Sequence record: DRR378314_808 | Length of the DNA: 32,091 nucleotides | Strand: one strand, 5' to 3' | Part shown: one piece after another, positions 1 through 10,112 of the stretch | How the letters are laid out: every line of letters starts with the position of its first letter | Numbering within the stretch: position 1 is the stretch's first letter | Program-made: the position numbers and the translations under genes | Notes under the pieces: generated by a model | Told to the model about the DNA's origin: nothing | Databases searched by the model: none | The model's input: the letters and a program-made list of their open reading frames with translations, nothing else

Positions 1-59
1 TTCTCAAAATTGAGTTTCACTAATAAAAATCGGTGCAAATTATATTGCCATAGGGATTC

Positions 60-156
60 GCCAAATTATTTTGGTCGTTCCCTCCTTCGTCGTTCGTGCC
101 CTTGGCTTAATCCCTTGCTTTGCTGCGGGGATGCCGCCGCGGTCACTAACGCGAAT
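60..156. repeat. GC-rich intergenic element with a degenerate palindrome; possible REP/MITE-like repeat
   Basis: GC-rich patch in AT-rich non-coding DNA. TCCCTTGCTTTGCTGCGGGGA (111-131) is an imperfect hairpin, followed by TGCCGCCGCGGTCACTAACGCG. Only one copy is in the window, so repeat status is inferred. Confidence 0.3.
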
Positions 157-216
157 AAAAGGCTAATTGGAAAATAAGAAGCCAACTGTTTTAAAAAGAC
201 CTAATTATATTGAAAA

Positions 217-1239
217 TCAAAGCCTTTCCTTATTATCGTTGGCGTATTCCTTTTTATACATTCGTACAATAATCAGGAAAAGACTAATAAGAAGGGGACC
301 AAATATCAGTCCAATAAAACCAAAAATGGGTACTCCAACAATTACTCCTATCAGTGTAATCAACGGATGTACATTGTCCAATTTTTTAAGAACAAAAAGT
401 CGAAATAGGTTATCCGTAGCCCCTACCACAATAAAACCGTACAGTAAAATTCCCCATGCTTGAAAAGTATTACCTCCGGAGAGCGACAATATAAAGACTG
501 GAACGATTCCCAACAAAGAACCTACAAAGGGAATCATAGAACCAATGGTAACGATAACCGCCCAGAAGAAGGGGGCTTGAACCCCAAATACCAAAAACCC
601 TATCAACGCAATAATTCCTTGCGCCATGGCCACTAATGGAATACCAAGGGCATTGGAACGTACCATAGCCCTAACTTCCTCTCCTATTATTTTTAAATTT
701 TCCTTGCTTATTGGAATGTACTCAAATAAAGATTCCCGCAATTCCCTACGATTGGTAAGCATATAAAAAAGCATGAAATACATAATGGCGACGGCAATAA
801 AAATATTGAAGGTTCCACCGGCAAAGCCCTGAAGGTTATTGGACAACCATGTAGATACGGCTCCTGCATCTATTTGGGATGTAAAATCATATCCAAACAT
901 GTTTTCCCATTTTTCCATTTGGTTTTCCACGGCAGAAATCACCTTTTCGGAATTTTGAACGGCACTCTCTACCTTGTTCCCCAACATAAGCACAATTCCT
1001 GAAATGGGTAATAAAATACATACGAAGGACACTATGAGCAGGATAATAGCGGCTAGATTGGGGTGCCATCCCTTTTCAACAAGTTTTTCCATAGGCCTTC
1101 GCAAAAGCACATATATCGTTATTGCACCTAAAACCCCAGAAAAATAAGGAAGAATCGCCTGAAAAATAAGTCCTCCCAACATAATTATGAGCAGTAAGAT
1201 AAATACCTGTCGGATTACTTTGGGATCGATTTGCGTCAT
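217..1239 (-). CDS. AI-2E family transporter (PerM/YdiK-like)
   Basis: 340 aa with many hydrophobic segments. Family-typical motifs IPFVGS, DNLFR and HPLITLIGVIVGVPIFGFIGLIFGP. Confidence 0.92.
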   Translation of the reverse strand: MTQIDPKVIRQVFILLLIIMLGGLIFQAILPYFSGVLGAITIYVLLRRPMEKLVEKGWHPNLAAIILLIVSFVCILLPISGIVLMLGNKVESAVQNSEKVISAVENQMEKWENMFGYDFTSQIDAGAVSTWLSNNLQGFAGGTFNIFIAVAIMYFMLFYMLTNRRELRESLFEYIPISKENLKIIGEEVRAMVRSNALGIPLVAMAQGIIALIGFLVFGVQAPFFWAVIVTIGSMIPFVGSLLGIVPVFILSLSGGNTFQAWGILLYGFIVVGATDNLFRLFVLKKLDNVHPLITLIGVIVGVPIFGFIGLIFGPLLISLFLIIVRMYKKEYANDNKERL

Positions 1240-1526
1240 AGTTCTATTGCCAGATTAAATAGGGCCAATTTATGTTGGAAAGTGATTTTATATCGTAATT
1301 ATCTACTAGTTGATCATTTAAGCAAATACCCTTATTATCTATGGGTATTGAATAATCCTACAGTATAGTACATTCAAAAACAAATCGCAAGCTTACGATT
1401 TCTATAAATATATAATCTAGCGATTCCCCAGCTTGGTCTCCACCTTAGCCTTTCAGCATTATTGGATATCCAATTGGGAACTCACCTATAAGGATATAGT
1501 GCTCCTAGCTAATATATAATAAAATT

Positions 1527-1697
<171 letters not shown>

Positions 1698-2005
1698 TTA
1701 ATGTTTTTAGTTATTAAAATTTATGTCCAGAATAAAATATTCAGTTGAGACTGCCCATATGATTCCAAACTATCTAAAGTTATTCCAATCCATTAACGGG
1801 CCGTAATTCAATAGCTAAATTTATTAATGCAATCGAGGTTTAAAATATGCTGCACCATTAACCTTTTGTGGACGAAAATGGATACTAGTTTCATTCCGCT
1901 GACAATTTAGAATTATTGCAATTTTAAGATTGCACTGTACAGCAAAAAGGGCGTTGTAGCATTTTGGGTCTTAGGCTGTTCTCCTGTCGCAACTACAAGT
2001 GGCAA

Positions 2006-2212
2006 TCAATATATACTCTCAAGTGGATCGTATGTCGTTAAAAAGGTGTTTTTGGCCTGGGGCATAACTACATCATACTCCAATTTGCAAGGTTGTATAT
2101 CCGGGGTTTGGGTATTTTCAAAATCAGTACCCAAATTGAACACACCTTTTTTGGATCGCATCAATTTATAAGTCTCTATAAACGCTCTGGTTCTTAATGA
2201 TTGTGCATTCAT
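2006..2212 (-). CDS. Small hypothetical protein (68 aa)
   Basis: ATG start after an AT-rich leader, co-oriented with its neighbours. No recognisable family. Confidence 0.45.
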   Translation of the reverse strand: MNAQSLRTRAFIETYKLMRSKKGVFNLGTDFENTQTPDIQPCKLEYDVVMPQAKNTFLTTYDPLESIY

Positions 2213-2224
2213 TTAATTAAGGCT

Positions 2225-2368
2225 TTAGGTTGATAAATAAATTACCCGTATCAAGTAAACGAAGAAAAGAACCTTTAGCTATGGTGCCCACAGGAGTTGA
2301 AATACCTCAAAACCGAAAATAGCAGCTATAATAGTCAGCATAAAGAATACAATAGTCCATTTCAAAAT
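2225..2368 (-). pseudogene. Degraded DUF1328 (UPF0391/YtjA-like) small membrane protein
   Basis: Reads (ATT)LKWTIVFFMLTIIAAIFGF, then GISTPVGTIAK in a shifted frame, then VLFFVYLIRVIYLST* back in the first frame. This matches the MLxW..F..IAA.FGFGGI....A.IAK.LFF consensus. There is no ATG, two compensating indels, and an in-frame TAG in the unshifted frame. Confidence 0.75.
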
Positions 2369-2544
2369 AATATCCTGATTATTTTGTTGACACCCCCCTT
2401 CACTTGGTAACTAATTTAGTTAAGAAAAAATATAAACCATATCGCTATCGATATGAAAATTAACTCCATGCAATATTTTATTAATCCTCACTAGAAGGAT
2501 TAAATACAAATGGACCTCATTCAATTATAAAATAAACGTTGATT

Positions 2545-2922
2545 TTATACCATAACATGGTTCCAAGAATCGAGATTATCAATATTGGCCTCAGGGTAGC
2601 TTATAATACGGTTCAATGACATGGTATATCCCAGCCTCCTTACCTCATCGCCACACCCCTTCCGGGTAGCAATTGTTTGAAGGTTTTCCGTAATCTCCCG
2701 TACAATGGAAACGGTGGAATATCCGGGGTTAATGTCCAAATTCCTTAAAGTTTTGGGGACCAGCTCTTTATTGGTTTTGCAGAACCTCACATATTGAATT
2801 AGAATCTTTAGGACTCTTTTGGAAAGAAAACCAGTTTCACTTTCATCAAAGTAACGGCTTACCTATTTGCCAATTGCATACACATTGAACAATTCTTTCG
2901 CCAAAAATTCTTCTTTTTTCAT
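2545..2922 (-). pseudogene. DUF892/YciF-like ferritin-fold protein interrupted by a nonsense codon
   Basis: ATG at 2922 gives MKKEEFLAKELFNVYAIGK*, with TAG at 2865-2863. The same frame continues VSRYFDESETGFLSKRVLKILIQYVRFCKTN... into the listed 2545..2790 ORF. LFNVYAIGK(Q)V and EVRRLGYTMSLNRIISY loosely resemble YciF helices. The break is clear; the family call is tentative. Confidence 0.6.
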
Positions 2923-2988
2923 ATACCAAGTTATTTTCAAAAGAAAATCATAATCGGATTGATTACCGTTTTTTTTTAATACGCCCTT

Positions 2989-3393
2989 CTATTGCAGGTC
3001 GCAATTTACCATCCAATGAATTCCAAATTTATCGGTGCAACGGCCATACATGGCTCCCCACTCTTTTTCACTAAAGTTGTGATTCACCTGACCCCCACTG
3101 GAGAGCTTACTGAACAATTCCTTGGCTTTGTCCCTATTTTCCATGTCTATGGCCAAGTGAATCTTATTTCCATTGTTTAGCGGTGTATCCGGGGCAGCAT
3201 CATAGGCCATTAAGTGGATTCCCTTACCTTTTAACTCGGCATGTTGTAAGTTGCGCCTATACGATTCTGGAATATCCATCTTGGAATCTTCATAAGTTTG
3301 TTTATTGGTAATCTCGGCATTAAAACAATCGGCATAGAAATTCATTGCCTTCAGGCAGTCTCCCGAAAATGCCAAATACGCTTGTACATTCAT
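2989..3393 (-). CDS. VOC/glyoxalase superfamily protein, PhnB-like
   Basis: YLAFSGDC..AMNFY..CF, HAELK, F..LS.GG, WGAMYG...DKFGIHWMVN. Confidence 0.92.
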   Translation of the reverse strand: MNVQAYLAFSGDCLKAMNFYADCFNAEITNKQTYEDSKMDIPESYRRNLQHAELKGKGIHLMAYDAAPDTPLNNGNKIHLAIDMENRDKAKELFSKLSSGGQVNHNFSEKEWGAMYGRCTDKFGIHWMVNCDLQ

Positions 3394-3629
3394 TTTTTTT
3401 TATTTTTTTAGTTCACCTTCAACATATTTAAAAAATAGCAATTTGGGCTGCGCTATCAGATTTAATATTGCCGCGAATAAAGGGTAGACCATAATTTGTT
3501 ATACCAATGGGGCATTGGGACCTTTTCAATGCCGAAAAAATAACGCCAAAGCATAAATTTTTAATTCATTGACTATTACGGTTTTAAGATTGAACAAAAT
3601 GCTTTATCTTGAATACATCATTTTTGAAT

Positions 3630-4094
3630 ATGCCACCCAAACCAATGACCAAGGAAAGCAAAAAAATAAAAATTTATCTTGCCGACGATGACGAAGAGGA
3701 CAGAATACTTTTCTCCGATGCATTGGCAGAATTGCCCATTAACTGTGAAATCTATAATTTCCGGGATGGCATATATCTTGTGGGAAGGCTCGTGGTAAAG
3801 GAAACACCATTGCCGGATATAATCTTTCTGGATATAAATATGCCGCTGATGGACGGGGCGGATTGCTTAGCAAAAATTCGGGAAACAGAGCGTATCAGCT
3901 CCATACCGGTCATTATCTATTCTACAAGCTTCGAAAAAAAAGAAGTTGGAAAATATCGGGAAATGGGGGCCAATTGCTATCTAAAAAAACCCAGCTCCTT
4001 CAACCAACTTAAAACCTTGTTGTACAAATGCATCAAAACCTATACCTATGATAATCGCAACCTAACGGCCGGCAACTTCATTATCCACGTTTAA
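3630..4094 (+). CDS. Single-domain response regulator (REC only)
   Basis: LADDDEED acidic pocket, FLDINMP phospho-acceptor, YSTS, YLKKP. Start uncertain (TTG 3609, ATG 3630 or ATG 3645). Confidence 0.9.
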   Translation: MPPKPMTKESKKIKIYLADDDEEDRILFSDALAELPINCEIYNFRDGIYLVGRLVVKETPLPDIIFLDINMPLMDGADCLAKIRETERISSIPVIIYSTSFEKKEVGKYREMGANCYLKKPSSFNQLKTLLYKCIKTYTYDNRNLTAGNFIIHV

Positions 4095-4150
4095 AAAGAA
4101 GTTGCAACACCATTGGAACGGGGTTAAAAATATATGGGTTTAAGTCAAGG

Positions 4151-4158
4151 TAAATTTG
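4151..4158 (+). promoter_or_regulatory. Bacteroidota -7 promoter element upstream of the YihY gene
   Basis: TAAATTTG is an exact TAnnTTTG match about 50 nt before the ATG. No clear -33 TTTG. Confidence 0.55.
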
Positions 4159-4210
4159 CCCTTTGAATTAAGTTGATTACTCCGCAGTTTCAGTAGAAAT
4201 TAAAATAAGC

Positions 4211-5122
4211 ATGAGCAAAGATAAGAGCAGACAATTTTCCTTAAAAGCCTTACCTGGTTTAATCGTTGACACCTATAAGTCATGGTTGTCCAACGACCCT
4301 TTTAGGTCCAGTGCGGTTGTGGCCTATTACGCCATTCTCTCCCTGCCCGCCCTTTTGGTGATTATTGTAAATCTTGTGGGGGCAGTGTGGGGAACGGAAA
4401 TAGTACAGGGAAAACTTACAGACGAATTTTCAATGGCCCTTGGCAGTGATGCTGCAACCTCCATTCAGGCCATGATAGAGGAAACGCAGAGCGTAGAAAA
4501 AAGTACCTTATCCTCCATTATCGGTATCGGCATACTTCTTTTTGCAGCTACCGGGGTAGTCTATCATTTAAAAATTTCATTGAATGCCATTTGGAGAATT
4601 AAACCGGACCCACAGGCCAAAATAAAAAAAGTGATCATAGACCGTGTGTTAAGTTTTGCCTTCATCCTAGCAATCGGCTTTCTATTGCTCATCAGTTTTA
4701 TGGTCACGGCCGCCATATCCGTTCTGAACGATTTTATACGGGAGGTTCTTCCCGATGTGCTGCTCTATGCTGCCTATACCATTGATTTTCTAATTTCCAT
4801 TGCCATTATATCGGTACTTTTTGGCCTTATGTTCAAATACCTTCCAGATGCCAAGGTAAAATGGCCTTCGGTTAAGATAGGCGCAGTTTTAACGGCACTT
4901 CTATTCGTATTGGGAAAATCGGCTCTGGGATATTATTTCGGACTGGCAGAACCAGGGTCTACCTACGGGGCAGCTGGTACCATTGTATTAATTCTCTTAT
5001 GGGTTTCCTACTCCTGTCTTATCCTATTCTTTGGGGCCGAGTTCACCTATAACTATGCCGAAAAATTTGGGTATGGCATTAAGCCAAACAGTCGGGCTGT
5101 TAAGGAAAATGAACCCTGTTAG
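4211..5122 (+). CDS. YihY/virulence factor BrkB family membrane protein
   Basis: SAVVAYYAILSLP, LNAIW, FKYLPDAKVKW, YGAAGTIVLILLWVSYS..ILFFGAEF. Confidence 0.93.
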   Translation: MSKDKSRQFSLKALPGLIVDTYKSWLSNDPFRSSAVVAYYAILSLPALLVIIVNLVGAVWGTEIVQGKLTDEFSMALGSDAATSIQAMIEETQSVEKSTLSSIIGIGILLFAATGVVYHLKISLNAIWRIKPDPQAKIKKVIIDRVLSFAFILAIGFLLLISFMVTAAISVLNDFIREVLPDVLLYAAYTIDFLISIAIISVLFGLMFKYLPDAKVKWPSVKIGAVLTALLFVLGKSALGYYFGLAEPGSTYGAAGTIVLILLWVSYSCLILFFGAEFTYNYAEKFGYGIKPNSRAVKENEPC

Positions 5123-5349
5123 CGGTTTTATGGGGCCCATTGCACAATTGGAGCGGCAATTTTTTAAATGAATGAGAGAACCGTTATATTCTTTTACGCT
5201 TTTCCTTAGCCCTAGCAACCCTATTTCTTTGTTGCCTTTGCTTTTCAATTCCTGAAGGGAAAAGGGCATATTAACTGAAAAACCACTTCGGACATATCTT
5301 CATTATCCCCATTAGTCCCAGTACTGGCTGATGGTAGTCCTTTCCCGTT

Positions 5350-7368
5350 TTAATGGGACAACCAAACACTCATCTCACTGTTTCCTCTATTGCCCCAGGC
5401 ATAATAAGGAATCAACCTTATTGAAAAACGGTTTTTTGTTGGGCTAATGGGACGGTATAATATGTGGTCCCAGTTATCATCCTTTCCGTAGGCATGCGTC
5501 TTTAACGAAAGAATCTCCCTATTCTCAATCTGAATCTTTTCAGTTTGAAAAAATTCATCCCTATCCAAAGATAACTGATTAATATCCATATCATGGGGTA
5601 TATCCTTGGACTCCACGCAATACACCAATGGACCTCTTTTTACTGCTATTTGGTTCTTGGTCTCCTCTACCATAGGATTTGCCTCCATTAATTGTACAAC
5701 CATTGGTAGATCTAAAGCTATCTTATCACCTGATTTCCATTTTCTCTTTATTTCAAAATAATTCCCTGGCGAAGCATCTCCTTCCCAATTTTTGCCGTTC
5801 ACCAACACTGAGGCGGTGGTGGCCCATCCAGGAATCCTCAAGAACACTTTAAACTCTTCCCTTTTAATTTCTTTAATAGTCATATCAATTACTCCATTCC
5901 AAGGGTAGTCCGTTTTCTGTTCAACATGCAGCTTGGAACCATCGACTAAAGTGGTTTTAAGAAAGTTGCTTCCATAAAGATTAACATATAATCCCTGATC
6001 TGACAAACTGTATGCATAATTATTTACCTCGGCCAATGTACGGGTAATATTAGGAGGACAACAGTTGGACTTGGATATATATCCTTCCCTCGTATTGCCC
6101 CATCGTTGTTGAAATGGAAGGTCTTTGGAAACGTTAAGTGGATTGGTATATAGGAATTCTTTACCATTGAGGCTAATACCGGAAAGCACGCTATTGTATA
6201 GGGCCAACTCCATAATATCGGTATATTTGGATTCTCCAGTTATTTGCAGCATTCGCCAGTTCCATAAAACATTTCCTATGTTGGCACAGGTTTCGTTATG
6301 GGCCGTAGCATTTGGTAATTGATAAGGCCTGCCATAGGCCTGATGTATTTTTTGTACTTCTGAAGGATTGTAGGAAGTACCGTCAGGAGAAACCCCATCA
6401 TATAAAGCACCACAAGCACCGGTAATATACATTCTGCTATAAACCACATCTTCCCAAATTGAATTGAGATTTTTCAAAAGTTGTTCCTCCCCCGTTTCGG
6501 CATAAAGATCCGCGACTCCGGCATATAGATAATTGGCCCTAACTGCATGCCCCATGGCGTTCATTTGATCTCTAAATGGTATACGGTCCTGATTGTCATC
6601 TGTACCGTCACTGGTGGTCCCCCGAATATTGATCAGATTGTTGGCCAGTTCCAAATACCTAGGGTCTTTTAAGGTTCTGTACATTTCTACCACCCCCATA
6701 TAATGCGACGGACATATGGCATTACGTGCCAGCTCGGGAGAAGCTTTTTTATAGAAGTCATATAAAAAGTCGGCCACACCCTTAGCTACTTTTAGAAAAT
6801 TATCTTTACCAGTAGCCCTATAATGGACACAGGCAGCCGTCATCAAATGGCCCATATTATACTTCTCAAACCCCAATTGCTTTTGTAATTTCTCTGGCCC
6901 CAATGTGCCCCAACGCTCCTCTATCAAAACAGGGGTATGCAAATAGCCATCTTTTCTTTGGGCTTTGGCTATCAGGGCAATTGCCTCATCCATTTGGGCG
7001 TTAAGTTCGGGGTCTTTGGTAACCGCATAGACAGCGGCCATCCCTTCAAAAAGTTTATAAAAATCCCCATCATGGAAAGAAGGACCTTTATGTTTGCCCT
7101 TCATTAACCCAGCGGCTATCTCAAAGTTTTTATATGCATGCGTAGTATCGCTGTGATATAGCTTCCACATGTAGGTTAAAGTATTGTTCTTTTCCACATC
7201 GAACTGTTCTTTCCAAAAGCCATTTGTCCATTGTACGGCATCAAGATCCACACTTTGCAATTTAGCATATGGACTATTTTCATTGTTAATCAAACCCTTG
7301 CTTTGGGCGCACACTCCAATGGTCAATAAAACCATCGTGTTGATCAAAACATATTTTTTTAGTATCAT
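5350..7368 (-). CDS. GH127 glycoside hydrolase, aceric acid hydrolase-like
   Basis: Signal peptide (VCA/Q). GH127 motifs GHAVRANYL, NETCA and NCCPPN (Zn/Cys nucleophile cluster). The acid/base Glu position, 16 residues before ETC, is Gln (HQAYG). Confidence 0.88.
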   Translation of the reverse strand: MILKKYVLINTMVLLTIGVCAQSKGLINNENSPYAKLQSVDLDAVQWTNGFWKEQFDVEKNNTLTYMWKLYHSDTTHAYKNFEIAAGLMKGKHKGPSFHDGDFYKLFEGMAAVYAVTKDPELNAQMDEAIALIAKAQRKDGYLHTPVLIEERWGTLGPEKLQKQLGFEKYNMGHLMTAACVHYRATGKDNFLKVAKGVADFLYDFYKKASPELARNAICPSHYMGVVEMYRTLKDPRYLELANNLINIRGTTSDGTDDNQDRIPFRDQMNAMGHAVRANYLYAGVADLYAETGEEQLLKNLNSIWEDVVYSRMYITGACGALYDGVSPDGTSYNPSEVQKIHQAYGRPYQLPNATAHNETCANIGNVLWNWRMLQITGESKYTDIMELALYNSVLSGISLNGKEFLYTNPLNVSKDLPFQQRWGNTREGYISKSNCCPPNITRTLAEVNNYAYSLSDQGLYVNLYGSNFLKTTLVDGSKLHVEQKTDYPWNGVIDMTIKEIKREEFKVFLRIPGWATTASVLVNGKNWEGDASPGNYFEIKRKWKSGDKIALDLPMVVQLMEANPMVEETKNQIAVKRGPLVYCVESKDIPHDMDINQLSLDRDEFFQTEKIQIENREILSLKTHAYGKDDNWDHILYRPISPTKNRFSIRLIPYYAWGNRGNSEMSVWLSH

Positions 7369-7601
7369 ACAATTTCGTTTATTACAATTAACAAAAAACG
7401 GATTTTACCCCACCACTTAGTTATAATTCTTGTTGTTCAGGAAATAATTAAGGTAACTATAATTTTGTTCCATTGGTTTATAGCCCACTTTAGAGCCAAA
7501 TACAAATAGATCAGGAAGACCTATTATTACCTCTAGATCAATGGATCATATTCCTAAAAAGCCTGTATTACCATATTTTATTCAGCGCAATGATTGCGAT
7601 A

Positions 7602-9101
7602 TCACCTTTTCTTTTCTGCGATCAATTCTTGCCAAGTTGTGTATGAGTCACGTAAATCATCCGACAACTTCCCTGGTAGATAGGTCACCAAACCTTTATA
7701 TACCGGTTTTGGCAAATCTTCAATACTTTGCCAAAATCCCACGCCTAAACCAGAAATTAAGGCCGCTCCCCTTGCCGAAACATCGGAAATGCCAATGTTG
7801 GTAACCGGTGTTTGCAGTATATCGGCCAAAAACTGCATCAAAAAGCGGTTGGAGGTGATTCCACCGTCCACCTTCAATTCCTTAAGTTTCCTTTTGGTCT
7901 CACTTTCTATGGCACCGACCACATCCTTTATTTGGAAGGCTATTGATTCTAAGGCTGCACGAACTATATGGGCCTTTGTAGTACCAAAGCTAATTCCGTG
8001 GATCGAGGCCTTCCATTCCTTTTTCCAATGTGGCGCACCCAATCCGCTAAATGCAGGAATTAAATAAACCCCTTCATTTCCAGTAACAGATGTAGCCATT
8101 GGTTCTATCTCTTCATTACCCGAAAATAATCCAAGCTGATTTTTTATCCATTCCAAGGTTGCGCCACAACTAACGATAACCCCTTCCAATGCATAATTTA
8201 AATTGCCTTGTGCACTCCATCCAATTGTAGTTAGAATGCCATTTTTGTTCTGCTGTGCCACCTGTCCTGTATTCCATAAAATGGAAGACCCCGTACCTAG
8301 AGTGGCCTTGGCCATCCCCTCAGTAAAACACTCCTCTCCAAAAAAAGCGGCATGGGAATCCCCTATCATCCCCGTGATGGGTATCTTAGTAGGCAAAATA
8401 CCTCCAAAATCAGATTCACCAAAGAACGCTGAAGAGTGCATAACTTCAGGAAGTTTAAGCCCTGTTAGGCCAAATTCATCAAGAAGCTCTTCATCCCATT
8501 TTAAATCATAACTATTAAAAAATAAGGTTCTAGAGGCATTTGTATGATCCGTATAGTATTTCTCTTTATTGGTCAGTAAATGCAGTAACCAAGTATCAAT
8601 AGTTCCAAAATAGGCATTTCCCTGTTTTATAGCCTTGTCTATGACAGAATTGTTCTGCCTGAGCCACAACATTTTGGTTGCCGAAAAATAAGGATCTATT
8701 GTAAGTCCTGTTTTTACATTGACCAATTTCTCCAGACCATGTTGCTTTAATTCCTCACAAATAGCCACTGATCGCTTACATTGCCAAACCACCGCATTGT
8801 GTAAAGGTTCGCCATTGTTGTCCCAAACAACGAATGTTTCCCTTTGATTGGAAATTCCACAGGAAATTATGTTCTGTTCTTCACCTGAAAAGCTTTCCAT
8901 AAAGACACTATAACATTTCCCAACCGCTGTAAGAACGTTGTGATAAAGTTCATTGGGATCTTGTTCCACAAAACCAGGTAAAGGATAAAAGGATCTTAGT
9001 GGCTCAGATGCCTTGGACACCAAATTTCCCATGGTATCAAAAATTAGTGCTTTTGTGCCACTCGTACCCTGGTCGATGGATAAAATATAGGATTTCGCCA
9101 T
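7602..9101 (-). CDS. aplK: FGGY family carbohydrate kinase (glycerol-kinase-like); candidate apulose kinase
   Basis: IDQGTSGTK, SNQRET, DPYFSATK, NASRT, KATLGTG, PAFSGLGAPHW, VDGG. GDSHAA replaces the GlpK GDQQAA. The symbol rests on operon context. Confidence 0.7.
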   Translation of the reverse strand: MAKSYILSIDQGTSGTKALIFDTMGNLVSKASEPLRSFYPLPGFVEQDPNELYHNVLTAVGKCYSVFMESFSGEEQNIISCGISNQRETFVVWDNNGEPLHNAVVWQCKRSVAICEELKQHGLEKLVNVKTGLTIDPYFSATKMLWLRQNNSVIDKAIKQGNAYFGTIDTWLLHLLTNKEKYYTDHTNASRTLFFNSYDLKWDEELLDEFGLTGLKLPEVMHSSAFFGESDFGGILPTKIPITGMIGDSHAAFFGEECFTEGMAKATLGTGSSILWNTGQVAQQNKNGILTTIGWSAQGNLNYALEGVIVSCGATLEWIKNQLGLFSGNEEIEPMATSVTGNEGVYLIPAFSGLGAPHWKKEWKASIHGISFGTTKAHIVRAALESIAFQIKDVVGAIESETKRKLKELKVDGGITSNRFLMQFLADILQTPVTNIGISDVSARGAALISGLGVGFWQSIEDLPKPVYKGLVTYLPGKLSDDLRDSYTTWQELIAEKKR

Positions 9102-9143
9102 TCTTTATGTAATCGATTAGTGTTTTTCTTGTCTTACCTCTAG

Positions 9144-10112
9144 TTAGTCTTCATTGGGATGGTTTACCCTATCCATAATTACCGCTATTAAAATAACAAA
9201 GCCCTTAATAATCTGTTGCCAAAAGGGGGATACGTTCAGCAATACCAATCCACTATTGAGCACTCCAATAATGAGCGCGCCCTGGACAGTGCCCATGATG
9301 GAGCCCCTACCACCGGATAGGGATGTGCCCCCAATAACAACTGCGGCAATGGAATCCAGCTCATAGCTAAATCCAGCATTGGGCTGTGCGGAATCTAATC
9401 GCGAGGTCAGTATAATTCCTCCAACGGCCGCTAAAATACCAGCAATGGCATACACCCAAATTTTAATTTTATTGATATTTAAACCTGATAGACGTGCAGC
9501 GCTCTCATTGCCTCCAACGGCATAAATATATCTCCCGAATTTGGTTTTTTTGGTTATGACCACAGCGATGGCAACGATAATTACTGTTATCCAAACCGGC
9601 ATTGGAATCCCCAAAAACCAACCTGTTCCAATAAATGCGAAATTCTGCCCCAACCCGGTTATGGGAAAACCTCCTGTCCAAAGCATTGTTGCTCCCCTAG
9701 CAATGGTCAACATGGCCAAGGTTGCCACAAATGGAGGGACTTTAAATTGTGTAATCATCCATCCATTAAAAAGTCCTAGTCCCCCACCCACGATAAAGCC
9801 ACCCAAAATAGCACCAAATACCGTAAAGCCAATATAGAGGTCCAAGGAAGGCATGTCTATACCAAATTTTAGCAACCCAGCAGCCACTGCGCCGCTAAAA
9901 GCTAATATGGAGCCCACTGAAAGATCTATGCCCCTAGTCAATATCACTAAGGTCATTCCCACGGATATACATACATTTACCGAAATTTGCCGCATAATGT
10001 TCCAACCATTTTCCATGGTAAGAAACTTATCCGACATTAAGGCCAATACCACGCACATCACCAATAGGGCAATGATGGACTGGAATTTAATGATAGTCGT
10101 TTTTATGTTCAT
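9144..10112 (-). CDS. Monosaccharide ABC transporter permease (RbsC-like)
   Basis: GIDLSVGS, VPPFVATL, GRYIYAVGGNESAARLSG, YELDSIAAVVIGGTSLSGGRG. Confidence 0.95.
   Translation of the reverse strand: MNIKTTIIKFQSIIALLVMCVVLALMSDKFLTMENGWNIMRQISVNVCISVGMTLVILTRGIDLSVGSILAFSGAVAAGLLKFGIDMPSLDLYIGFTVFGAILGGFIVGGGLGLFNGWMITQFKVPPFVATLAMLTIARGATMLWTGGFPITGLGQNFAFIGTGWFLGIPMPVWITVIIVAIAVVITKKTKFGRYIYAVGGNESAARLSGLNINKIKIWVYAIAGILAAVGGIILTSRLDSAQPNAGFSYELDSIAAVVIGGTSLSGGRGSIMGTVQGALIIGVLNSGLVLLNVSPFWQQIIKGFVILIAVIMDRVNHPNED

Noticed and set aside
1325-1474. Short palindromes: AATACCC/GGGTATT (1325-1349) and ATTGGATATCCAAT (1461-1474)
   Set aside because: Single short AT-rich inverted repeats with no U-tract or second copy. 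I cannot distinguish them from chance.
5024-5349. 81-aa minus-strand ORF or possible gene remnant between yihY and GH127
   Set aside because: It overlaps the yihY 3' end in antisense and I could not recognise a family in any frame.
7587-7599. CGCAATGATTGCG hairpin after the kinase stop as a terminator
   Set aside because: Short stem and no U-tract on the minus strand.
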